Source of the DNA: Myxococcota bacterium
Lineage (GTDB): Bacteria; Myxococcota_A; UBA9160; UBA4427
DNA: 64,000 nucleotides
NCBI GenBank assembly: GCA_965250285.1
Contig: OZ252299.1
Location: 4,576,001-4,640,000 of the forward strand
Direction of reading: 5' to 3'
Positions 30,370 to 41,244 of the stretch are shown in pieces (within the stretch, counting starts at the first letter, position 1; the number at the start of each line of letters is the position of its first letter). Below the pieces are notes generated by a model. That model ran no database searches and was not told where the DNA came from. It saw only the letters and a list, made by a program, of their open reading frames with translations. Position numbers and translations under genes: made by a program.

Positions 30370-31452
30370 ATGACCCATCGCGTCGTCGTCTGGGGCACCG
30401 GAAACGTGGGCATCCCCGCGATCCGCACGGTGCTCGCCAATCCCACCCTCGAGCTCGCCGACGTCATCGTGCACGCCGAAGCGAAGGAAGGCGCCGACGC
30501 GGGCCAGCTCGCCGGAACCGAAGCTTGCGGTGTCGCGGCTACCCGCGACGTCGACGCCGTGCTCTCGAAGAAGCCCGATGCCGTCGTGTACGCCGTGAAC
30601 CAGGATTTTCGGCCGGTCGAGGCGGCCGAAGAGATGCAGCGCTGTCTGCGGGCCGGCGTCAACGTCGTGACGTCGGGCCACTACGGCTTGCTGCATCCGG
30701 CCACGGCACCACCCGACGTGAAGGCCGCCTTCGAGGCGGCGTGCGCCGAAGGCGACGCCACGATCCTCTCCTCGGGCATCGACCCGGGCTTCGCCATGGA
30801 TCTGATCCCGGTCGTGCTCTCGGGCGTGACCGCGGGCGCGCACGAGATTCGCATCATCGAGAACTTCAACTACGCCACCTACGACGTGCCCGACGCGGTG
30901 CGCGCGATGATCGGTTTCGGTTCGCCGATGGATCAGACGCCCCCGATGATCCTGCCGACGGTGCCGACCCGCGTGTGGGGCGGCGCGATTCGCTCGCTGG
31001 CCGACGCGCTCGACATCGAGCTCGATGACGTCGTCGAGGTCACTGAGAAGCACGCACTCGAACGCGACGTCGAGGTGCTCGGCCGCGCGTATGCGAAGGG
31101 CAGCCTCGGCGCGTTCCGCTTCGAGGTGCAGGGGTTGGTCGACGGCCACCCGCTGCTCGTGGTCGAACACATCACGCGCATCGTCGACGACACCGCCCCG
31201 CAGTGGGAGAGCGCGCGCGGCATGGGCTACCACGCGGTGCGCATCTCGGGCACGCCCAACGTGTCGCTCACGCTCGAGAGCGAAGACGAACATGGCGATC
31301 ACGTCGCCGGCGGCAACACGACCGCCGCTGCACGCATCACGAACGCGATCCCCTGGGTCTGCGACGCTCCGGCCGGCTTGATGGCCGCGGCCGATCTGCC
31401 GCTCATCGCCGGGCGCGGCCTGGTGCGTCCGCCGGGCGCGGCCCGCGACTGA
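30370..31452 (+). CDS. Dihydrodipicolinate-reductase-like / 2,4-diaminopentanoate dehydrogenase family NAD(P)-dependent enzyme
   Basis: VVWGTGNVG Rossmann, SGIDPGF, NAIPWVCDAPAG. Confidence 0.8.
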   Translation: MTHRVVVWGTGNVGIPAIRTVLANPTLELADVIVHAEAKEGADAGQLAGTEACGVAATRDVDAVLSKKPDAVVYAVNQDFRPVEAAEEMQRCLRAGVNVVTSGHYGLLHPATAPPDVKAAFEAACAEGDATILSSGIDPGFAMDLIPVVLSGVTAGAHEIRIIENFNYATYDVPDAVRAMIGFGSPMDQTPPMILPTVPTRVWGGAIRSLADALDIELDDVVEVTEKHALERDVEVLGRAYAKGSLGAFRFEVQGLVDGHPLLVVEHITRIVDDTAPQWESARGMGYHAVRISGTPNVSLTLESEDEHGDHVAGGNTTAAARITNAIPWVCDAPAGLMAAADLPLIAGRGLVRPPGAARD

Positions 31453-31641
31453 TCGTCCGGCGGGGGCCGATCCCCCCGAGCGAGCCCGCCCCGAGGAACG
31501 TTCCGGCCAGAAATATCCAATCTGGGCGGATTTCGGATCGAAGGGGCCTCGGTGTCGGACGATCGGGCCTCGACTTCCTGCGAAACGCGGCGACTCACGG
31601 GTACGATGAACCGATCCCCTCGAGACCGGAGGTGCACGCCC

Positions 31642-32256
31642 GTGCAGCCCAGTCGCCGCCACCGCCTCAGCCAGACCGCCCGCCGCCTCTCGGCCGGCGC
31701 GATCGCGCTGGTGTGCGTGCTCGGCGTCGCGGGTCACGGCCTGGCGATCGAGCCGCCGGCCCCCGAGTCGCAATTCACCCCCGAGCCCGAGCGCTGGCAG
31801 GTGCTCGAGTCGCTCGCCGAGGGCTTCCGCGGGCTGCTGCCCCAGAACGAGACCTGGGAGGAGAGCGGCCTGCGCGAGACGATCGCCGGCACGGTGAAAG
31901 AAAAGAAGTACTTCGGCCGGGCCAATGGGCGCACGTTCAGCATCGGCCTGCACCGCCTGCCCGACCTCGGGCGCTTCTTCGCGCCGACCGGCCTCGTGCT
32001 CTCGACCGCCAAGAAGAACGTGCTGCGCACGAACGGCGGCAAGCTGGTCTCGTACGAGCGCCAGCGCATGGGCGACTACCCTGGCGCCCTGCTGACCTTC
32101 GAGCCGAAGGACGCCGACGGCGACTGGGAGATCATGGAGGTGCGGCTCGTGCTCGTCGGCTCGCGCCTCTACGTGCTGAAGGCGACCGACCCCGACAGTA
32201 CCGGCGACCGCAGCGACGTGGACCGCTTCTTCGAGAGCTTCGAAGTCATCGAGTAG
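31642..32256 (+). CDS. Hypothetical exported protein
   Basis: GGAGG RBS then GTG; signal peptide ending GHGLA; C-terminal RFFESF; start uncertain. Confidence 0.65.
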   Translation: MQPSRRHRLSQTARRLSAGAIALVCVLGVAGHGLAIEPPAPESQFTPEPERWQVLESLAEGFRGLLPQNETWEESGLRETIAGTVKEKKYFGRANGRTFSIGLHRLPDLGRFFAPTGLVLSTAKKNVLRTNGGKLVSYERQRMGDYPGALLTFEPKDADGDWEIMEVRLVLVGSRLYVLKATDPDSTGDRSDVDRFFESFEVIE

Positions 32257-32388
32257 CGCCCCCCGCCGCGGTCCTCTCCGACGTCGCCCCGAGCGCCGCC
32301 CGCTCGGGCGCTCCGCACCCAAACGCCCGATCCGCCGTCGCCTCGCCCCTCACTGGGCCGGGGCTCCTGAGGTAGCCTTGGCGCCGCC

Positions 32389-33663
32389 ATGATCGACCCC
32401 CACACACTGGCCGAGCGCCGGTCGGACATCGAAGAGAGCTGTCGCAAGCGCGGCGTCGACGTCGACGTCGACGCGCTGATCCGTCTGCACGACGAAGTCA
32501 CCGCCCTGGTGACCGCGCAGAACGAGACGAATCGGCTGCGCAACGAGCACCAGAAGGCCGGCAAGCGCAAGATGAGCGATGACGAGCGCCAGGCGCACGT
32601 CGAGAAGGGGCGTGCCTTCAAGGACGACCTTTCCGCCATCGAGGAGAAGCTGCGCGGCGCGCAGACTCAGTTCGACGCCGCGCTCACCGGGATCCCCAAC
32701 CACACGCACCCCGACGTGCCGGCGGGCGGCGAAGAAGACTTCGCCGTGCTGCAGGATGGCAAGCCGGCGAGCTTCGACTTCGAACCCCGCGACCACCTCG
32801 CGCTCTGCGACCAGTGGGATCTGGTCGACTTCGAGAATGCGGCGCGCGTGGCCGGCCAGAAGTTCTACTACCTGAAGAACGAGGCAGCGCTGCTCGAGGT
32901 GGCGCTGCAGCGCTTTGCCCTCGAGGTGCTGCTCGAAGAAGGCTTCACCCCCGTCGTGACGCCCGACCTGGCGCGACCCGAGGTGGTCCAGGGGCTCGGC
33001 TTCAATCCCCGCGGTGAAGAGACGCAGATCTACTCGGTCGCCGATCACGACCTGTGTCTCGTGGGTACGTCCGAGATCACGCTGGGTGGTCTCTACGCCG
33101 ATCACATCTTCGACGAGGCCGACCTGCCGCTGCGCCTCGCGGGCATCTCGCACTGCTTCCGCACCGAGGCCGGCGCGCATGGACGCGAGAGCCGGGGTCT
33201 GTACCGGGTGCACCAGTTCACGAAGACCGAGATGTTCGTGTTCTGCAAGCCCGAGCACAGCGACGAAGAGCACGCGAACCTGCGACGCATCGAAGAGCAC
33301 ATCTTCGACGCGCTCGAGATTCCGTATCGCGTGATCGACGTCGCCGCGGGCGACCTCGGATCGCCGGCCTACCGCAAGTTCGATCTCGAGGCCTGGATGC
33401 CCGGTCGGGGTGAAGGCGGTGACTGGGGCGAGATCACGAGCACGTCGAACTGCACCGACTACCAGGCGCGGCGACTCAAGATCCGGTTCCGACGCGAGGG
33501 CAGCAAGAAGAACGAGCTCGTCCATACGCTGAACGGCACCGCGATCTCGAACGCGCGCGCGATCCTCGCCCTGCTCGAGAACCATCAGCAGGCCGATGGC
33601 ACGGTGAACATCCCCGACGCGCTCCGCCCCTGGGTCGGACGCGACCGCATCGGGCCGCGCTGA
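32389..33663 (+). CDS. serS: Seryl-tRNA synthetase
   Basis: N-terminal coiled coil, GTSE, CFRTEAG...GLYRVHQF (motif 2), EITSTSNCTDYQARRL, HTLNGT (motif 3). Confidence 0.97.
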   Translation: MIDPHTLAERRSDIEESCRKRGVDVDVDALIRLHDEVTALVTAQNETNRLRNEHQKAGKRKMSDDERQAHVEKGRAFKDDLSAIEEKLRGAQTQFDAALTGIPNHTHPDVPAGGEEDFAVLQDGKPASFDFEPRDHLALCDQWDLVDFENAARVAGQKFYYLKNEAALLEVALQRFALEVLLEEGFTPVVTPDLARPEVVQGLGFNPRGEETQIYSVADHDLCLVGTSEITLGGLYADHIFDEADLPLRLAGISHCFRTEAGAHGRESRGLYRVHQFTKTEMFVFCKPEHSDEEHANLRRIEEHIFDALEIPYRVIDVAAGDLGSPAYRKFDLEAWMPGRGEGGDWGEITSTSNCTDYQARRLKIRFRREGSKKNELVHTLNGTAISNARAILALLENHQQADGTVNIPDALRPWVGRDRIGPR

Positions 33664-33677
33664 GCGGGGCGGCGGCG

Positions 33678-35663
33678 ATGGCGAAGGCGGGCGGCTCCGG
33701 CTCCGACCAGGAAGGCGATGCCCGCGACCACGCGCCGCTCGTGGTCGGCACGGCCGGCCACATCGATCATGGCAAGACGTCGCTGATTCGCGCGCTCACC
33801 GGTCTCGACCTCGACCGCCTGCCCGAAGAGAAGGCGCGCGGCATCACGATCGATCTCGGCTTCGCGCCCCTCGATCTGCCCGGAGGGCGGCGCATCGGCG
33901 TGGTCGACGTGCCGGGGCACGAGGGACTCGTGCGCACCATGGTCTCGGGGGCGACGGGCATCGACGTCGTGCTGCTCGTCGTCGCCGCCGACGAAGGGGT
34001 CATGCCGCAGACGCGCGAGCACCTCGCGATCTGCGACCTGCTCGACCTGCGACACGGGCTGGTCGCGCTGACGCGGAGCGACCTCGTCGACGACGAAACC
34101 TGCGAGCTCGCCGAAGCCGAGATGCAGGATCTGCTCGCCGGGACGACCCTCGAAGCCGCGCCCATCCTCGCCGTCTCGGCCGTGACCGGCGACGGCATCG
34201 AGGCCCTGCGCGAGACCCTCGCCCGGGTCTGTGTCGAAGCGGCGCCCCGCACCCCACGACAAGGCCCTGCCCGACTGAACGTCGACCGCGCATTCACGAT
34301 GCGGGGCTTCGGCTCGGTGGTGACCGGCACGCTGGTCGGTTCGGATCTCACCGTCGGCGACGCGATCGAGCTGCTGCCCGAGGGCCACACCGCGCGCGTG
34401 CGCGGGCTTCAGCGACACGGCGACGCCGTCGATGCGGCCCACCCCGGTGCACGCTGCGCGGTCAATGTGCAGGGCGTCGAGCAAGACGCGCTGTCACGTG
34501 GGCAGGTCGTCGCGAAGCCCGGCACCGTCCCGACGACCGACGTCGCCGACGTCCACCTCCACTGGCTTGCGACCTCGCCCGAAGAAACGGGCGTCGTCGC
34601 CGTCGAGCTGCTCTGCGGCACGAGTGAACGACGCGCCCGCCTGGCGCCGATCGGCCCCGACGCGACGCTGCGGCCGGGCACCACCGGCTTCGCGCGGCTG
34701 CATGTCGACGGCCCGCCGATCGCCGTGTTGCCCGGCGAGCGATTCATCGTGCGCGGCTTCGCGCGACACGACCTGGCGGGCCACACCCTGGGCGGCGGCC
34801 GCTTCCTCGATATCGCCCCCCCGCGCCGCCGTCGCAGCGACCCCGTGCTCACACACGAGCTCGAAGCGCTCGACACCGGCGACGTCACCGAAGCCCTGGC
34901 GGTGCGCGTCGCGCGCGGCGGGCTCACGGGCGTCGACGAAGCAACGCTGCGCCTGCAGATGGGGATCGAGCGCGAGCCCCTGGCCGCGATCGTCCACGAG
35001 CTCGAGGCGAAGGACCGCATCGTGCGCACGGCCTCGTCGCGGCTCGTCCTGGCCGAAGCCATCACGCGACTCGCCGAGCGGCTGATCGAGGCGCTCGCGG
35101 CCTACCACGAGCGCGAGCCGCTGCGCCCGGGCATGTCGACCGCAGCGCTGCGCGCCACCCTCCCCGACAACGTCGCCCGCGATACGGCCGAGCTGACGCT
35201 CTCGCGCCTCGAGGCCGACGGGCGCATCGTCGCCGAAGGAGATCTCGTGCGGCAGCCCGCACATGCGCCAAGGCTCGACGACCGCGCACAGACGCTCGTC
35301 GGCCGCATCGCGAGCGAGAGCAGCGAAGCGGGCCTCGAGCCCCCCAGCCCGCGCGACCACTGCGCAGCACTCGGCATCGAGCTCACCGAGTACCGCGACC
35401 TGGTCGCGTATCTCGAACGCCAGGGCGCACTCGTGCGTGCGCCGGGCGATCTGTGGTTCGACGCCAGCTCCATCGATGCGCTGCGGGCGCGACTCGTCGC
35501 GCATCTCGAGGCCGAAGGCGAGATCGACACCCAGACCTACAAGAACCTGATCGGCACCACGCGCCGCACGGCCATGCCGCTGATGGAGCTCTTCGACGAG
35601 CTTCAGGTCACCCGCAGGCAGGGCGACGTGCGGGTGCTGCGCAGGGGCGCCGCGGGCAAGTAG
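33678..35663 (+). CDS. selB: Selenocysteine-specific translation elongation factor
   Basis: [36 protein letters not shown]-terminal winged-helix domains. Confidence 0.95.
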   Translation: MAKAGGSGSDQEGDARDHAPLVVGTAGHIDHGKTSLIRALTGLDLDRLPEEKARGITIDLGFAPLDLPGGRRIGVVDVPGHEGLVRTMVSGATGIDVVLLVVAADEGVMPQTREHLAICDLLDLRHGLVALTRSDLVDDETCELAEAEMQDLLAGTTLEAAPILAVSAVTGDGIEALRETLARVCVEAAPRTPRQGPARLNVDRAFTMRGFGSVVTGTLVGSDLTVGDAIELLPEGHTARVRGLQRHGDAVDAAHPGARCAVNVQGVEQDALSRGQVVAKPGTVPTTDVADVHLHWLATSPEETGVVAVELLCGTSERRARLAPIGPDATLRPGTTGFARLHVDGPPIAVLPGERFIVRGFARHDLAGHTLGGGRFLDIAPPRRRRSDPVLTHELEALDTGDVTEALAVRVARGGLTGVDEATLRLQMGIEREPLAAIVHELEAKDRIVRTASSRLVLAEAITRLAERLIEALAAYHEREPLRPGMSTAALRATLPDNVARDTAELTLSRLEADGRIVAEGDLVRQPAHAPRLDDRAQTLVGRIASESSEAGLEPPSPRDHCAALGIELTEYRDLVAYLERQGALVRAPGDLWFDASSIDALRARLVAHLEAEGEIDTQTYKNLIGTTRRTAMPLMELFDELQVTRRQGDVRVLRRGAAGK

Positions 35664-35669
35664 AGCGGT

Positions 35670-37145
35670 TCAACGAACCAGCCCGCTCAAGACGTCGGCC
35701 AGGCCGGGCGCGGGTCGCCAACCCAGATACAGCACGACGGCCGTGCACAGACCGAGCACGATCACCTCGGCTGTCGAGAGGCCGGCCGTCCGGCCCGTCG
35801 GCTTCGGCCGCGCAAACATCGCGATGGGCACGGCGAGCAGATAGCGCCAGCTCACGCCGACGCCGACGAGCGCGACGATCACCGGCCACACCAGGCCTTC
35901 GGCCACCGCGGCCGAGAAGAGGTTGTACATCGCCCAGAACCCGCCCGTCCCCGGCAGCCCGGCGAGCGCGAGCAGAAAGAGCGCGAGCGCCGTGGCCGCC
36001 ACTGGGCGCACGCGCGCGAGCCCGGCGAAGTCGTCGACCGTCTCGACATCGCGACCCCCGTGCGCGAACGAGGCCGTCAGGCCATGGGCGCCGAGCACGA
36101 TGAAGGCGTAGACGAAGACGTAGAAGAGCACGGCCTCGAACGCCTCGGTCGACGAGCAGGCCAGCCCGAGCGCCAGATGTCCCGAGTGCGCGATCCCCGC
36201 GCACGCGAGCATGCGGCGCACCGAACGCGCAACGAGGGCCAGACCGTGCCCGACCACGATGCTCGCGACGGCCAGCACCTGAAAGAGCCCCGTCACCGGA
36301 GCCAGGCCTTCGGGGATCGCCTCATCGAGCAGTCGCAGCAGCACGATCACTGCGGTCGTCGGCATCGCGACCGCGAGATAGCCGGCGGTCACGTTCGGCG
36401 CGCCCTGGAAGACGTCGGAGACCCACTGGTGGAACGGAAAGAGCGCGAGCTTGAAGAGCAGCCCGCAGAGCAGCAGCCCGAGCCCGGCGAGGCCGAGCCA
36501 GTCGCTGCCATCGAGCCCAGCCCAGAGCGCGCCATAGCCAAGCTCGCCGGTCGCCCCGTAGAGCAGCGCCATGCCGAAGAGCATCAGACCGCTCGCGAAG
36601 CCACCGGTGAGGTGCAGCTTCAGACCGGCCTCGAGGCTCTCGGCGCGGCGCACGTCGTACGCGGCGAGCAGCGACAGGCAGATCGACGAGAGTTCGAGAC
36701 CGACGTAGAGAAACGCGAGATGGCCGGCCCCGATCGCGACGAACATGCCCGCAGAGGCGAGGAGGACGAGCGCGTGAAAGGGGCCCTGCTCGAGCCGCGC
36801 GGCCGATAGCATCGTGACCGAGAGCCACAGCGTCGCGAGCGCGGCCGAGGCGAGAATCAACGTACCGACGCTCGTCAGCCGATCGACGAGGAAGAGCCCT
36901 GTACGCACGTCGAAGGCCGGCTCGACCGCGCCGACGAGCGAGCTCCAGGCCGAGAGCATGACCGCGCCGAGGGCGACCGAGCTCGTGAGGGCGAGCAATG
37001 GACCGCGCCGTGAAGGCGCGCCTTCGACGCCGCCGCGTCGCCGCCGGACCGACGCCGCGCCGTCGATCAGCAGCGCGACCAGCGCACCGAGCGTCACGAA
37101 GAGCACGGGCGCAAAGACGTCCCAGCGCGGGATCATGTCGATCAC
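35670..37145 (-). CDS. nuoN: Divergent NuoN-like antiporter-like subunit
   Basis: GLELSS, EAGLK, FKLALFPFHQWVSDVFQGAP, RRMLA...IAH, LAGLPGTGGF. Confidence 0.8.
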   Translation of the reverse strand: MIDMIPRWDVFAPVLFVTLGALVALLIDGAASVRRRRGGVEGAPSRRGPLLALTSSVALGAVMLSAWSSLVGAVEPAFDVRTGLFLVDRLTSVGTLILASAALATLWLSVTMLSAARLEQGPFHALVLLASAGMFVAIGAGHLAFLYVGLELSSICLSLLAAYDVRRAESLEAGLKLHLTGGFASGLMLFGMALLYGATGELGYGALWAGLDGSDWLGLAGLGLLLCGLLFKLALFPFHQWVSDVFQGAPNVTAGYLAVAMPTTAVIVLLRLLDEAIPEGLAPVTGLFQVLAVASIVVGHGLALVARSVRRMLACAGIAHSGHLALGLACSSTEAFEAVLFYVFVYAFIVLGAHGLTASFAHGGRDVETVDDFAGLARVRPVAATALALFLLALAGLPGTGGFWAMYNLFSAAVAEGLVWPVIVALVGVGVSWRYLLAVPIAMFARPKPTGRTAGLSTAEVIVLGLCTAVVLYLGWRPAPGLADVLSGLVR

Positions 37146-37185
37146 GGCCGCAGCGCCTCTGCTCGGTCCGCCTGAAGGGGCACGA

Positions 37186-38820
37186 TCAACGGGCCTCCGG
37201 CCGAACGTCGGCGCTTGCCTGTGCGTCGTCGAACTCGGCAGGGGCGCCGCGCAGCTCCATCACGTGAAGCACCTCGAGCACCGCGGGCTCGACACGTCGG
37301 AGCATCGGGTTCGGCATCACGCCGAGCACCACCAGCGAGACGATCAACGCGAGCACGCCGAATCGCTCGCCCCAACCGAGATCGATCAAGCCGCGGTTCT
37401 CCGGATTCTCGACCGGCCCGAGCGCGACCGCGCGGTAGCCGCGCAGGAGACATGCACCGGTGAGCAGCACCCCGAGTAGCGCGACGAGCGTGAGCACGGG
37501 CGAGACCGCGAACCCGCCTGCCAGCACGAGCAGCTCGCCCACGAAGCCGAGAGTCCCGGGGATCCCCGACATCGCGAAGAGGGCCGTCGCGAGCAGCAGC
37601 GAGAACACCGGCATCGGCTTCGCGAGGCCCCCGTACGCCGCGAGCACGGTCGAGCCTCGCCGCTCGACCAGCAGGTTCACCAGGGTGAGCAGCGCCGCGC
37701 TTGCGAGCGCCACGCTCCAGCCATGCACGAGCGCGCCGACGATGCCGTGCTCGCCGAGCGTGAAGACGCCGAGCGTGACGAGCCCGAGCGACGCGGTGTG
37801 CGCGTAGGCCTGTAGTGTGCGCAGGTCACTCTGCGCGCCGGCGACGAGCGCGCCGTAGGCCAGCCCGACGACCGAGAGCATGCTCACGAAGGGTGCGACG
37901 GCAGCGGCGCCCTCGGGCAGCAGCGGCAGGCCGACTCGTACCACGAGATAGATCCCCACGACCCCCTGCAGCACGTCGAGCAGCACGAGGCCGTCCGGCG
38001 GCGCCTGCGCGGCGGCGCGCGCCGACCACACGTGGAAGGGGAAGGCGCGCAGTCGCATCGCGATCGAAACGAGCAGCGCGACGAAGAGTGTCGACTGCGT
38101 CGCCCAGCCGGGTCCGGTCGTCGGCACGTCGACGTCGAGGAGACCGGGCGCTGCGTAGCCTGCTCCGCTCACGAGATCGAACACCCAGACGTGCAGCTGT
38201 TCATAGCCGAGGCGGTGTACGACGATCAAGACGAAGAGCATGCCCATGCTGCCGAGTGCGGCCGGGATCAACCACGCGTAGGCCGCCGCCACCGGTCGCT
38301 CGCCGCCCCAGCTCACGATCATGAAGCCGATGGGCAGGAGCATCAGCGTCCAGAACAAGTGCATCTGCATCACGTTCATCGAGAGCAGCGCACCCAGCAT
38401 CAGAGACTGCAAAGCGAGCACCCGCGCGACGGCGCCGGCCGTGAAACGCGAGGCATCACCGGGCGTCGACCAGCATGCGGTCGGCACGATGAAGAGCACC
38501 AGCAAAACGGGGAAGAGCGAGAGACCGTCGACCGCGAAGTAGAAATGGAAGCCGTACTGCGGCAGCCACTCCCAACGCTCGACGTGCTGTAGCCCGAGCA
38601 GCTCGGGATCGAAGCCTGACCACAACCCCGCCGCAGCGACCGCGAACTGCAGCGTCGTGAAGCCGATCCCGAAGCGTCGCCACACGCCCACGGGCGCGCG
38701 CTCGACACCGACGGCGCGGGCGACCAGCGCGTTCAGCGCCAGCACGAGCGCGGCCGCAACCAGCGGCGCGAGCACGAGCGCCGTCAGCCATCCGCCGAAC
38801 GTGTCGGCCCCGGCTCCCAT
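37186..38820 (-). CDS. nuoM: Divergent NuoM-like antiporter-like subunit
   Basis: AVDGLS, WGGE, FPFHVW, YGGLAKPMP, GIPGTLGFVGE. Confidence 0.8.
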   Translation of the reverse strand: MGAGADTFGGWLTALVLAPLVAAALVLALNALVARAVGVERAPVGVWRRFGIGFTTLQFAVAAAGLWSGFDPELLGLQHVERWEWLPQYGFHFYFAVDGLSLFPVLLVLFIVPTACWSTPGDASRFTAGAVARVLALQSLMLGALLSMNVMQMHLFWTLMLLPIGFMIVSWGGERPVAAAYAWLIPAALGSMGMLFVLIVVHRLGYEQLHVWVFDLVSGAGYAAPGLLDVDVPTTGPGWATQSTLFVALLVSIAMRLRAFPFHVWSARAAAQAPPDGLVLLDVLQGVVGIYLVVRVGLPLLPEGAAAVAPFVSMLSVVGLAYGALVAGAQSDLRTLQAYAHTASLGLVTLGVFTLGEHGIVGALVHGWSVALASAALLTLVNLLVERRGSTVLAAYGGLAKPMPVFSLLLATALFAMSGIPGTLGFVGELLVLAGGFAVSPVLTLVALLGVLLTGACLLRGYRAVALGPVENPENRGLIDLGWGERFGVLALIVSLVVLGVMPNPMLRRVEPAVLEVLHVMELRGAPAEFDDAQASADVRPEAR

Positions 38821-38821
38821 T

Positions 38822-40864
38822 TCAGAGCACTCCGCCGAGCGTCAGCCCGAGCACCACGAGCACCGCCCCCACCAACATCGATGCGAGCACACCCTGCGCA
38901 TAGCCGGCCTGGCCGTAGCGATCGAAGAGGCCGCCCACCCAGTCGGCCAGCTTCGCAGGGGCCGTCTCGAGCACGAACACGAGCAGGCGCTCTCCGATCG
39001 GCCCCCGCGCGAGCTGCCGCGCCACGGCCGAGCTCGGCACGATCACCAGCCAGCCGAAGACATTGTCGGGATCGAGCGCGTCGACGACGCGGCGCCCCGG
39101 CCCTCGAAACCGGTTGCGCAGATCGAGCACCGGCTCGGCCCGATTGCGAAACAACAGCCGGGCGCCGACCGCGCCGGCGGCCATCGCGAGCACCTGCAGG
39201 CCGATCCACGTCGACTGCCGACCCGGCTCACCGCGCGGCGGATGAACGTCGGGCAGCACGGGCTCGAAGAACACCGACAGACTGTTCATCTGCTCGATCT
39301 CGAGCGCGTCACCGAAGATCTGAGACACGCCGATCACACCGCCGAACGCGCACAGGACGGCGAGCGCGCCGAGGCTCCAGAGCGAGGGCGTGCGCGGCTC
39401 CCAGGCGAGGCGACGTCGCGCGGGGTCAAACGAGCTGCGCACGGGAAACACCAGGTAGTAGAGACGGATCGTCGTCAAGGCCGTGAAGAACACGGTCAGC
39501 AGCACGAGCACGCACAGCGTCAGATGCCCGGGCAGCTCGACCGCGCGGTCGGCGGCGTCGAGCACCTGCTCGATCGAGAAGAACGCGATCGTCGGCGGCA
39601 GCCCCGCCATGGTCAGCGCACCCACGAGCGTGAAGGCCTGGGGCCACACCATCGCGAGGCCCAGCGGCTGCAGCTTCGTGCGATCGTGCTGATGCCCGCG
39701 CGCCTTGCTCGCGGTCGCGATCCCGAGAAACAGAAGCGCCTTGGCACACGCATGCGCCGTGACGTGAAAGAGCGCAACGTCGTAGGCACCGAGCCCGACG
39801 GCGAGCGCCGCGATCGAGAGCTGGCTGCCCGTCGTCCACGTCAGGATCGCGCGGCCGTCGTCTTCGGCGAGCGAGGCGAGCACGAAGAGCAGCGCGCCCG
39901 CGGCCGCCACCCAGCAGAGCGCCGTCTCGAGCAACGGCACCGCCTCGAACAGAAAGCCGACCCGCACGAGCAGCAGAATGCCGGTGCACGGCATCGCGAC
40001 CGCCTGCATGAACGCCGACGCCGGCGAGGGCGCGACCGAGGCGGCGCGTAGACCGAACATGAAGGGCAGCACGAAGAGGCGGGACGCCGCGGCCAGCGCG
40101 AAGAGCAGCCCGGTGTAGACGGCCGGCGCGACTCCCGGTGCCTCCCCCTCGTGGGCAGGCGGCGGGACGGCGAGCAGCGTGTCGCGGGCGGCGCGGAGGC
40201 TCGACCAGGACAGGTCGGCGCCGCCGCCATCGACGAGCTGCCAGAAGACGCTCAGGAGCCCGGCGAGGAAGAGCGCGTCGCCGGTCCGTTGCCGCAGCGA
40301 CACCTTCTGGAGCGCCGCGCGCCGATCGGCTTCGCCGTACCAGAAGCCGACGAGCAGCCGACCGAAGAGGCCGCACGACACCCACGCGGCGAACGCCAGC
40401 ACCATGTCGTCGGCGAGCACGAAGAGCAGGACGGCCGCGAGCAACGCACACGCGTAGGCGCAGAAGCGCTGCAAGCCGCCGTCGTCGTGGTCATCGCGCG
40501 CCATGTGGATGCCCGCGTGGATCTGGATCGCGAGACCGACGTAGCTCGCGACGAGGCAGAGCAGAGCGGCGACCGGGTCGAATCGCAGGACGAACGCGAC
40601 ATCGAGCGCTTCGGCGCCGACGCCGAGCCCGAACCAGCTGCCGACGCGATCGACGATCGGCACCTCGATGCCGCCGCTCACGAGCCGTGCAAAGAAGAGG
40701 GTCGAGAGCAGCGCCGGCACGGCGAAACCCGCGGCCGCGACCCAGGCGATCGTGCGATCGGCGAGCTGACGTCGCAGCACCCCGCTGGCGATGCCAAGGG
40801 CGAGGGCGACGACGAGCGGCGCAGCGGGGATCCACACCAGATCAGCGGGGCCGGTCCAGCTCAT
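38822..40864 (-). CDS. nuoL: Divergent NuoL-like antiporter-like subunit
   Basis: LLVGFWY, RTGD, SQL, FHVTAHACAKALLFL, C-terminal transverse-helix region ending QAGY. Confidence 0.8.
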   Translation of the reverse strand: MSWTGPADLVWIPAAPLVVALALGIASGVLRRQLADRTIAWVAAAGFAVPALLSTLFFARLVSGGIEVPIVDRVGSWFGLGVGAEALDVAFVLRFDPVAALLCLVASYVGLAIQIHAGIHMARDDHDDGGLQRFCAYACALLAAVLLFVLADDMVLAFAAWVSCGLFGRLLVGFWYGEADRRAALQKVSLRQRTGDALFLAGLLSVFWQLVDGGGADLSWSSLRAARDTLLAVPPPAHEGEAPGVAPAVYTGLLFALAAASRLFVLPFMFGLRAASVAPSPASAFMQAVAMPCTGILLLVRVGFLFEAVPLLETALCWVAAAGALLFVLASLAEDDGRAILTWTTGSQLSIAALAVGLGAYDVALFHVTAHACAKALLFLGIATASKARGHQHDRTKLQPLGLAMVWPQAFTLVGALTMAGLPPTIAFFSIEQVLDAADRAVELPGHLTLCVLVLLTVFFTALTTIRLYYLVFPVRSSFDPARRRLAWEPRTPSLWSLGALAVLCAFGGVIGVSQIFGDALEIEQMNSLSVFFEPVLPDVHPPRGEPGRQSTWIGLQVLAMAAGAVGARLLFRNRAEPVLDLRNRFRGPGRRVVDALDPDNVFGWLVIVPSSAVARQLARGPIGERLLVFVLETAPAKLADWVGGLFDRYGQAGYAQGVLASMLVGAVLVVLGLTLGGVL

Positions 40865-41244
40865 CCCGCCTGCTCCTGTGCAGGCGTCGCGCTGCCTTCT
40901 GCGCCCCGCCCGGCGTGACCGAGACGGTTCGCGTCATCGACGTCGGCGCTGCCGCGTCGGCGCACGACGGCCAGCGCGAGTCCCATGCCGACCAGGAGCT
41001 GCACCACGCCGACGACGAGCACGATGAAGGCAAAGGCCTGGCCTTCGAGCGTGGGTGGCGCGCCGGCGCCGAGCGCGCGACCCGCCCACATGCGATTGAA
41101 ACCGACGAACGCGAGTGCGCTCGCGAACGTCACCAGCTGCAGACCGAAGAGCACGACGACGGCGTGACGCCGGCGAATCGATCCGACCAGACCGAGCGCA
41201 AACAGCAGGATCGCGAGACCGAGGACGTGGTCGACACCGACCAT
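40861..41244 (-). CDS. nuoK: Divergent NuoK-like subunit
   Basis: LFALGLVG...RR, GQAFAF, RRRGSADVDD; three TM segments; TGATG overlap with nuoJ. Confidence 0.8.
   Translation of the reverse strand: MVGVDHVLGLAILLFALGLVGSIRRRHAVVVLFGLQLVTFASALAFVGFNRMWAGRALGAGAPPTLEGQAFAFIVLVVGVVQLLVGMGLALAVVRRRGSADVDDANRLGHAGRGAEGSATPAQEQAG

Noticed and set aside
32257..32388. Possible selC (tRNA-Sec) next to serS-selB
   Set aside because: No UCA anticodon arm or cloverleaf found here or noticed elsewhere in the window.
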